A stretch of 64,000 nucleotides of DNA from Histomonas meleagridis 2922-C6/04-290x (Eukaryota > Protista > Parabasalia). Below, piece by piece: positions 10,215-19,658 of this stretch. The DNA lies in contig JAANOX010000205.1 in NCBI GenBank assembly GCA_020184695.1, forward strand, positions 930,001 to 994,000, in the 5' to 3' direction. Each line of letters opens with the position of its first letter. The first letter of the stretch is position 1. Under the pieces are notes generated by a model. It did not search any database. It had not been told where the DNA came from and saw only the letters and a program-made list of their open reading frames with translations. The translations under genes were made by a program, and so were the position numbers.

Positions 10215-13200
10215 TTAACCACCTTTTTTCTGAAGTAATTTAGCAATTTTATCTGAAGCTGCATATGCAAGTGCATTCCTAAATAATTTAAATAAATCCC
10301 AAATATTTGTATTAAACTTTATATTATCAAAATAAATATTAAATATAACAAATGAATATCTTTAGCATTAATGTCAATTCCTTCTTGTTCAAGAAGTGAT
10401 TGAACAATTTCTATATGTTCATTTGAAGATGCATACATAAGTGCTGTCCAAAACAATTTAAATAAATCCCAAATATTTGTATTAAACTTTATATTATCAA
10501 AATAAATATTAAACAAAACAAATAAATATCTTTAGCATTAATGTCAATTCCTTCTTGTTCAAGAAGTATTTTAACTATTTCTATATGTCCATTTTTAGAT
10601 GCCCATATAAGTGCTGTTTCAAACACTTCTAATAATTTCCAAATATTACCTTAAAATTTCAAATTATTAAAATAAATATTAAACAAAACAAATAAATATC
10701 TTTAGCATTAATGTCAATTCCTTCTTGTTCAAGAAGTATTTTAACTATTTCTAGTTTACCATTTTGAGATGCTAAAATAAGTGCTGTATTAAATAAATTA
10801 AATTATTTCCAAATAATATTTTGGAATATTAAATCATTAAAATAAATTTTGATTAAAATATATAAATAGCTTTAGCTATGATATTGGTCGATTTGTGTCC
10901 AAGAAGAGAATTAACTACTTCTGTATTACCTTTTTCAGATGCATACATAAATGCTGTTCGAAATGTTGAATATAATTTCCAAATATTGTTTTTAAATAAA
11001 AAATTATTTAAATAGATATAAAATATAACAAATTAATATCTTTAGCATTAACATCAATTCTTTTATGTTCAAGAAGTAATTTGACTACTTCTGTTCTATC
11101 ATTTTCAGATGCTAAAATAAGTGCTGTCCTATATGATTTAAATAAATTTTAAATAATATTTTGAAATTAAAAATAATTAAAATAAATTTTAAAAGAAAAA
11201 AATTAATATTTTTGGCATTAATCTCAATTTTTTTTCGTTTAAGAAGCAACTTAACTATTTTTCTATGACCATTTCGAGATGATATCATAAGCGCCGTTTC
11301 AAATATTTGAGACAAATTCCAAATATTATTTTCGAAAATAAAATTATTAAAATATATTTTAAATATAACAAATGAGTATCTTCATCATTAATATATATTC
11401 CTTTTTTAATGAGTAAGTTAACTATTTCTGTATGACCATTTTCAGATGCATACATTAGCGATGTTTGAATTAATTTAAATAATTTCCAAATATTCTTTAA
11501 AAATATCAAAGCTTTAACATAAATTTCAAATAAAACATATAAATATCTTGAGCATTAATATCAATTACTTTTTGTTCAAAAAGTAATTTAACTATTTCTG
11601 TATGACCATTATATGATGATATCATAAGTGCTGTTTTAAATATTTTAAGTAATTTCCAAATTTCATTTTGAAATATCAAATTGTTGAAATAAATATTAAA
11701 TAAAACATATTAATATTTTGAACATTTATATTGATTACATTTTGTTCAAGAAGTAATTTAACGATTTCTTTATTACCAATTAAAGATGCTCTAATAAGTG
11801 CTGTATCAAATATTCTTAATAATTTCCAAATATTATTTTGAAACAAAAAATTATTAAAATAAATATTAAATAAAACATATTAATATCTTTAGCATTAATA
11901 TCAATTCCTTCTTGTTGAAGAAGTAATTTAACAATTTCTGTATGACCACATTTAGATGCATAAATAAGTGCTGTTTCAAATAAATTAAATGATTCCCAAA
12001 TATTATTTTATTATATCAAATTATTAAAATAATTTTTAAACAAAACAAACAAACGTCTCTAGCATTAATATCAATTCCTTTTTGTTCAAGAAGTAATTTA
12101 ACGATTTCTGTTTGACCTTTTTCAGATGCTTTTATAAGTATTATATCAAATTATTAAAATAAATTCTAAATAAAACAAAAAAATGTCTTGAATATTAATA
12201 TCAATTACTTTTCGTTTAAGAAATAATTTAACTATTTCTATATATCCATTTTCATATGATAACATTAGTGCTGTTTTAAATAAATTAAATAATTTCCAAA
12301 TTTCATTTTGAAATATCAAATTGTTGAAATAAATTATAAATAAAATAAATAAATGTCTTTAGCATTAATATCAATTCCTTTTTGTTCAAGAAGTAATTTA
12401 ACTATTTCTATATGACCATATTCAGATGATTTCATAAGTGCTGTATTAAATTATTTCAATAATTTCCAAATATTATTTTGAAATATAAAATTATTAAAAT
12501 AAATATCAAATAAAACAAATAAATATCTTTAGCATTAATATCAATTCCTTCTTGTTCAAGAAGTAATTTAACTATTTCTATATGACCATATTCAGATGAT
12601 TTCATAAGTGCTGTAAAAAATAATTTAAATAATTTCCAAATGTTATTTTGAAATATCAAATTATTAAAGTAAATATTAAATCATACAAATAAATATCTTT
12701 AGCGTTTATATCAATTCCTTTTTGTTCAAGAAGTAATTTAACTATTTCAAGTTTACCATTTTTATATGCATACACTAGTGCTGTTTTAAATAACTTAAAT
12801 AATTTCCAAATATTATTTTGAAATTTTATATAATCAAATTAAAAATTAAATAAAACATTTAAATATTTTTAGCATTAATATCAATTCCTTTGTGTTCAAG
12901 AAGTAATTTAACGATTTTTATATGACCTTTCCCTGATGCATACATTAGTGCTGTTTTAAATAATTGAAACAATTTCCAAATATTATTTTGATTTTTTAAA
13001 TTATTAAATTAAACATTAAATAAAACAAATAAATATCTTTAGCATTAATATCAATTTCTTCTTTTTCTAAAAGTAATTTAACTAATATGATTTGTTTATC
13101 ATGAGATACTCCCATCAGTACAGTTCTAAATATTTTAAGTTATTTCCGAATATTTTTTTGAAATATAAAATTATTAAAATAAATATTAAACAAAACAAAT

Positions 13201-16200
13201 AAATATCTTTAGCATTAATATCAATTCCTTCTTGTTCAAGAAGTAATTTGACTATTTCAAAATGACCATTATAAGATGCCAACATAAGTGCTGTATAAAA
13301 TATTTTAAATTATTTCCAAATATTATTTTGAAATAAGAAATTATTAAAATAAATTTTAAATAAGACAAATAAATATTTTGAACATTAATATCAATTCCTT
13401 TATATTTAAGAAGTATTTTAACTATTTCTGTATATCCATTTTCAGATGCCAAAATAAGTGCTGTTTGAAATATTTTAAATAATTTCCAAATATTATTTTG
13501 AAATATAAAATTATTAAAATAAATATCAAATAAAACAAATAAATATCTTTAGCATTAATATCAATTCCTTCTTGTTCAAGAAGTAATTTAACGATTTCTA
13601 TATGACCATTTTCAGATGCTTTCATAAGTGATGTTTTAAACAATTTAAATAATTTCCAAATATTATTTTGAAATAGAAAATTATTAAAATAAATTCTAAT
13701 CAAAATAACTAAATATCTTTCACATATAGATTAATACCTTTTTGTTCAAGAAGTAATTTAACTATTTCTGTATTATTTTTTTTAGATGCTTTCATAAGTG
13801 CTGTTTCAATTAATTTAAATAATTTCCATATATTATTTTGAAATAAGAAATTATTATAATAAATTTTTAATAAGACAAATAAATATTTTGAACATTAATA
13901 TCAATTCCTTTATATTTAAGAAGTATTTTAACTATTTCTGTATAACAATTTTCAGATGCTAACATAAGTGCTGTTTCAAATAATTTAAATAATTACTAAA
14001 TATTGTTTTGAAATATCAAATTGTTGAAATAAATTATAAATAAAATAAATAAATATCTTTAGCATTAATATCAATTCCTTCTTGTTCAATAAGTAATTTA
14101 ACTATTTCTGTATGACCATTTTTAGATGCTAAAATAAGTGCTGTTTTAAACAATTTAAATAATTTCCAAATATTATTTTGAAATAGAAAATTATTAAAAT
14201 AAATTCTAATCAAAATAACTAAATATCTTTCACATATAGATTAATACCTTTTTGTTCAAGAAGTAATTTAACTATTTCTGTATGGCCATTTGAAGATGCT
14301 AAAATAAGAGCTGTATCAAATAATAAAAATAATTTCCATATATTATTTTGAAATGTTAAATTATTATAACAAATATTAAACAAACTAAAGAAGTATCTTT
14401 ATCATTAATACTAATTATTTTTTGTTCAAGAAGTATTTTAACTATTTCGATACGACCTTTTTCAGATGCTCTCATAAATGCTGTAAAAAATAAATAAAAT
14501 AATTTCCAAATAATATTTTGATATATAAAATTATTAAAATTAACATAAAATATAAAAAATTATTATCTTTAGCATTAATATCAATTCCTTTTTGTTCAAG
14601 AAGTAATTTAACTATTTCTATATATCCATTTTCAGATGCATAAATAAGTGATGTTTCAATTTACTAAAATAAATTTTAATTATATCAAATAAATATCGTT
14701 ATCATTAATATAAATTCCTTCTTGTTCAAGAAGTAATTTCACTATTTCAAGTTTACCATTTTTAGATGCATACATAAGTGCTGTCTTAAATAACTTAAAT
14801 GATTTCCAAATATTATTTTGAAATATCAAATTATTAAAATAAATTCTAACCAAAATATCTAAATATCTTTCACATTTAAATTAATACCTTTTTGTTTAAG
14901 AAGTAATTTAACTATTTCTATGTGACCTTTTTCAGATGCTTTTATTAATGCCATATCAAATATTTTGAATAATTTCTAAATATTATTTTGAAATATAAAA
15001 TTATTTATATTTATAAAATCTTTATCATTAATATCAATTCTTTTTTGTTCAAGAAGCAATTTAACCATTTCTGTATTACCATTATAAGATGCATTAATAA
15101 GTAATGTTTTAAAAGACCCAAACAATTCCCAAATATTATTTTAGAATATAAAAATATTAAAACATGTATTATATATAACAAATAAATATTATAACCATTA
15201 ATGTCAATTTCTTTTTGTTGAAGAAGTAATCTAACGATTTCTGGGTGACCGTTTTCATATGCTAACATAAGTGCTGTTTCAAAAAATTTAAATAATTTCT
15301 AAATATTATTTTGAAACATCAAACTATTAAAATATATTTTAAACAAAACAAAGAAATATTTTTAATATTAATATCGATTCCCTTTTGTTTAAGAAGTAAT
15401 TTAACAGTTTCTGTATGGCCTCTTCCCGATGCTAAAAAAAGCGCTGTTTCAAATAATTTAAATAATATTTGAAAATTATTTTGAAATATCAAATTATCAA
15501 AATAAATTTTAATTAAAACATATTCATATTTTGAACATTGATATCAATACCTTTTTGTTTAAGAAGTAATTCAATGATTTTTGTGTGGCTATTAAATGAT
15601 GCTAACATAAGTGCTGTATTAAATATTTTAAATTATTTCCAAATATTATTTTGAAATATAAAATTATTAAAATAAATATTAAATAAAACAAAAAAATATC
15701 TTGAGCATTAATATCAATTCCTTTATATTTAAGAAGTATTTTAACTATTTCTGTATGACCATTCCACGATTCCCACATAAGTACTGTTCTAAATCATAAA
15801 AATAAATTTCAAATTTCATTTTGAAATAATAAATCATTAAAATAAATAATAAATAATACAAATAAATATCTTTATAATAAATTTTAATTCCTTTTTTTGC
15901 CAGAAGTAATTTAACTATTTCTGTATGACCATTTCGAGATGCTTTCATAAGTGCTGTATCAAATAATTTAAATAATTTCCAAATATTATTTCGAAATATA
16001 AAATTATTAAAATAAATAATAAACAAAACAAATAAAAATCTTTAACATTAATATCAATTTCTTTTTGTTTAAGAAGTAATTTAACTATTTCTGTATGACC
16101 ATTTCGAGATGCTTTCATAAGTGCTGTATCAAATAATTTAAATAATTTCCAAATATTATTTTGAAATACCAAATTATCAAAATAAATATCAAATAAAACA

Positions 16201-17057
16201 AATAAAAATCTTTAACATTAATATCAATTTCTTTTTGTTTAAGAAGTAATTGAACTATTTCTGTATAACCATTTGAAGATGCTTTCATAAGTGCTGTTTG
16301 AAATAAATTGAATAATTTCCAAATAATATTTTCAAATAAAATATTATTAATATAAATATTAAACAAAACAAAGTTATATCAACATCATTAATACAAATTC
16401 TTTTTTGATCAAGAAGTAGTTTAATTATATCTATGCGAGCTTTCAAAGATGCATTAATTAGTATTGTTCTAAAAGATTCAAATAATTTCCAAATATTATT
16501 TTGAAACAAAAAATTATCAAAATAAATATTAAATAAAACAAATAAATGTCTTTAGCATTAACATCAATTCCTTCTTGTTCAAGAAGTAATTTAACTATTT
16601 CTGTATGACCATTTAAAAATGCGAACATAAGTGCTGCTTTAAACACTTCTAATAATTTCCAAATATTAATATGAAATTTTAAATTATCAAAATAAATCCA
16701 AAATGAAACAAACAAATATCTCTAGCATTAATATCGATTCCTTTTTGTTCAAGAAGCAATTTAACTATTTCCATATGACCATTTGAAGATGCACTCATAA
16801 ATGCTGTAAAAAATAAAATAAATAATTTCCAAATAATATATTCAAATTATAAAATATTAAAATAAATTATAAATAAAATAAATAAATATCTTGAGCATTA
16901 ATATCAATTCCTTCTTGTTCAAGAAGTAATTTAACGATTTCTAGATAACCATGTGAAGATGCTAACATAAGTGCTGTTTCAAATAATTTAAATAATTTCC
17001 AAATATTATTTTGAAATATAAAATTATTAAAATAAATTTTCAATAAAACAAATAAAT
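10215..17057 (-). repeat. 170-bp tandem array: 40 internal ankyrin modules plus a terminal cap, each preceded by a conserved non-coding intervening sequence
   Basis: Modules translate as x-TALMxASxNGHxEIVKLLLEQxGIDINAKD; 36 of 40 intervals are exactly 170 bp (others 167, 130, 130, 153); last module NALAYAASDKIAKLLQKKGG ends at TAA 10215-10217. Confidence 0.95.
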
Positions 17058-18335
17058 ATTTTTAGCATTAATATCAATTCCTTTTTGCTTTAAAATGTAT
17101 GTAACAAGTTCAATATTTCTGGAAAATGAAGCAAAAACTAATATATTTTCTGGAAGTTGATTATTTTTAAGGAAATATTTCACAAGAAAAATATTTCCAG
17201 TTTTTGCTGCTTCATTAATGATATTTTCATTAATTTTCATTCCTTCTTTTTCTAAATATGTAAAAATTTCATAATTAAAATATGAAACGCATTTTTCTCC
17301 TAATTTTTCTAATTTAATTTTGATAATATTATCCTTATAAATATATTTAAATATTTTATCTTCAAACATTTTTGGTATTGATTGTATTTTTTCTGATATA
17401 TTCTCATAAAGATATTTAAAGATATCATTTCGATGGAATTCTATTGCTGCTTCATATGCATCTTCAAATGTTGAATGATTTTGTTCACATAAATGAATAA
17501 TTTCTTCATTTCCACCTGCAACTGCATATTTACCTGTGTTTTCCACATTTGCACCATTCATAAGTAAATATTTAAAACATTTAACTGATCCAAAAAATGC
17601 TGCATAATCAATTAATGAAACATTTTCTTTATTAATAAATGAACACCTTTCATAAAGTGATGGTTCAATCGTTTGATTAAAATCAAAATAACCTTTCGAT
17701 GTTAATTCATGAAGTTTTTCAACATAATCATTTCGAATTATTTTTGCAGTTTCATTCGGATTATGTCCTTCTTTAATTAATTGTTTATGAAGTTCAAAAT
17801 TATTTTTTGATAGCTCTTCATAGCTTTCATAGTGATATTTGTACGAGTTATAAAGATTTTGCAATATATTTATTGGTTCGTTTGAAAAATGATGTGCGAA
17901 ATAAAAATTGTTTTTGTTCTTAACTGAACTTGTTGAAACTAAATTCGTTTCAATCATTTTTTCAAGAATGAAATATGATTCTTGAGTGTTAATTTCAAGG
18001 AGAAAATCTTTGAATGCATTAATTAATTCATAATTGTTTTCATAGAATTCTTTTTCTTTGATTTCAATTTGTTTCATAAAATTAATATATAAGCCAAAAT
18101 CTTTCATTTCTGAAAGAATTGATGAATATATTATTCTGCTGATAATAAATTTTGAATAAGGTGCTATATCATCACTATTTAACAGAATTATAGAAGCATT
18201 AATAGATTCAATAATGTTATTTTCACTCAAATCAAAAATAATTTCTTCAAGAGATATTAAATCTTGCATAGGCTTAGTAGAAGAGTAATGATTTACTGGG
18301 TCAATATTTGATTTTTTGATCGAATTGCTTTCCAT
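17040..18335 (-). CDS. DUF3447/ankyrin protein, N-terminal head ORF; probably the first segment of a ~1800-aa gene extending to 10215
   Basis: 431-aa ORF with the trichomonad DUF3447-type core (SLIDYAAFFGSVKCFKYL, AVAGGNEEIIHL, AAIEFHRNDIFKYL); it ends KGIDINAKN and then stops a few codons into the first spacer. Confidence 0.85.
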   Translation of the reverse strand: MESNSIKKSNIDPVNHYSSTKPMQDLISLEEIIFDLSENNIIESINASIILLNSDDIAPYSKFIISRIIYSSILSEMKDFGLYINFMKQIEIKEKEFYENNYELINAFKDFLLEINTQESYFILEKMIETNLVSTSSVKNKNNFYFAHHFSNEPINILQNLYNSYKYHYESYEELSKNNFELHKQLIKEGHNPNETAKIIRNDYVEKLHELTSKGYFDFNQTIEPSLYERCSFINKENVSLIDYAAFFGSVKCFKYLLMNGANVENTGKYAVAGGNEEIIHLCEQNHSTFEDAYEAAIEFHRNDIFKYLYENISEKIQSIPKMFEDKIFKYIYKDNIIKIKLEKLGEKCVSYFNYEIFTYLEKEGMKINENIINEAAKTGNIFLVKYFLKNNQLPENILVFASFSRNIELVTYILKQKGIDINAKNIYLFY

Positions 18336-18507
18336 TTTATTGAAATTTTTCTTGATTCAAGCACTTTTGTTTATGCTGTGAATGGTCAAAATAATCGTCA
18401 TTATCAGTATCACTTTTTGAATACAATTCTATTAAAATCGATCAAAAACGTTTTTGTAAAAAATGCCATTAATTGCCATGAGAAAATAACAGATTTTATT
18501 AACAAAA

Positions 18508-19599
18508 TTAATAATACCAGCTTTTGATACTGGAAGGAATTGTATCTGTATAAGATTCACATTCCATTAATAAGTTTTCTTTAGATATTCTCTGTGAATA
18601 AATTCTATTTGAGATCGTTGGATCCGCATTTATAATTGTATTATCTCTATTTGATTCAGCATATCTCTGTATTACATCAAGTACACGATCAACACCAGTT
18701 TCATTAAAGAATTTTGCCTGAAATTTCTTGCTCACTTTTGGTGGCTTAATCACAGGAACTGTCACCTCAGGCACTGTTACTAGTGGATCTTCAGAAGGTC
18801 TTCCAAATTGTATTTCACATTTTGTAGTTCCACCGAATCTTGTTCCTTGTAAGGCATTTTTAGCACTTTCTGCTTGAACACTGGTTTCCATCGTAACGTT
18901 CGCCCAGTCGGGGTGGTCCGGAATGAATTTGACACTGAGAACGTTACCATACGGTTTGAAATGTTGGAAAAGTGTCTCTTCTTTGACGATTTCAGGATCT
19001 ATATTTTGTACAATTAATGTGGTGTTAGAAGCATCAATTTTATTCGGTTCCATATGAACTCTGTTGCCTGTTGCTTCACTAACTTTTATCCCTCGACCAA
19101 ATTCTGTCGAACCATTTAAAAGACGAATGGCATCGTCGACTTCTTTTTGTGTGTTGAATTTCACAAAACCATAACCTTTGGAAATTCCATCTGTTCCTTT
19201 GATAAGTCTTGCTGAGATAACACTATGAAAATAACGTCGGAAAAATTCTAAAAGCCTACTCTCATTGACGGAAATGGGTAAGTTACCAACATAAACAGAA
19301 TATCCAGTTGCTTGTCTAATTGTATTGACATCTGAAGATCCTTTTGTGCTACTCCAATTGAGTTTGAATTGTGCGTTTGGCATGTTTGGAATTGGTGCTC
19401 CCTGTAATAAACGAAGAACTGTAGCAGCATCTGAAATATTATTAAATTGAATAAATCCATATCCATCTAGGGTTCCTGTTTCTTTATTTCTTGAAAACCA
19501 ACATGCTAGAGGAGCAATTCCTGTTTGTTGTCTGACTATATTCATTAATTGTTCTTCACTTTCCCATATCTCTGTAGTTCCAACCCAAAGTTGTGCCAT
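18508..19599 (-). CDS. Triple-RRM RNA-binding protein (Nam8/Ngr1/RBP45/TRNAU1AP-like)
   Basis: RNP motifs GYGFIQF, SVYVGNL, KGYGFVKF and a third RRM; start moved from the track's TTG (19617) to ATG at 19599, downstream of a TCATTT Inr. Confidence 0.85.
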   Translation of the reverse strand: MAQLWVGTTEIWESEEQLMNIVRQQTGIAPLACWFSRNKETGTLDGYGFIQFNNISDAATVLRLLQGAPIPNMPNAQFKLNWSSTKGSSDVNTIRQATGYSVYVGNLPISVNESRLLEFFRRYFHSVISARLIKGTDGISKGYGFVKFNTQKEVDDAIRLLNGSTEFGRGIKVSEATGNRVHMEPNKIDASNTTLIVQNIDPEIVKEETLFQHFKPYGNVLSVKFIPDHPDWANVTMETSVQAESAKNALQGTRFGGTTKCEIQFGRPSEDPLVTVPEVTVPVIKPPKVSKKFQAKFFNETGVDRVLDVIQRYAESNRDNTIINADPTISNRIYSQRISKENLLMECESYTDTIPSSIKSWYY

Positions 19600-19658
19600 T
19601 AAATTAGGGTGCTCCAAATGATCGGTGTTTTTTGTTAACGTTTTTTTATCACTGTTGG
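19600..19658. promoter_or_regulatory. Compact bidirectional promoter with two back-to-back Inr elements
   Basis: Only 59 bp separate the divergent ATGs (19599 minus, 19659 plus); TCATTT on minus at 19618-19623 and TCACT on plus at 19649-19653. Confidence 0.65.

Noticed and set aside
10319-16715. The many 65-93 aa minus-strand ORFs in the track as independent genes
   Set aside because: They are single modules plus read-through into spacers, with inconsistent and often non-ATG starts.
10215-17057. Canonical GT-AG splicing using the recurrent TT|GTTTTA and ACAG| sites, or AT-AC splicing
   Set aside because: GT-to-AG removes 76 nt and leaves 94-nt out-of-frame exons. The AG is just the Thr-Ala codon boundary and is lost in T-S, T-I and M-A variants, and GT is absent from several spacers. 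The AT...AC options tested (84, 82, 78 nt) also fail to restore the frame.
10215-17057. CRISPR-like repeat-spacer array
   Set aside because: The variable parts are homologous ankyrin codons rather than unrelated spacers; there are no cas genes and the context is eukaryotic.
10278-17057. A simple -1 ribosomal frameshift in each spacer, giving 27-aa hydrophobic linkers
   Set aside because: Several spacers have stops late in the downstream frame (TGG AAA TAA, ATT TAG) and others have stops in the upstream frame, so one rule cannot carry ribosomes through the whole array. It is not excluded for individual units.
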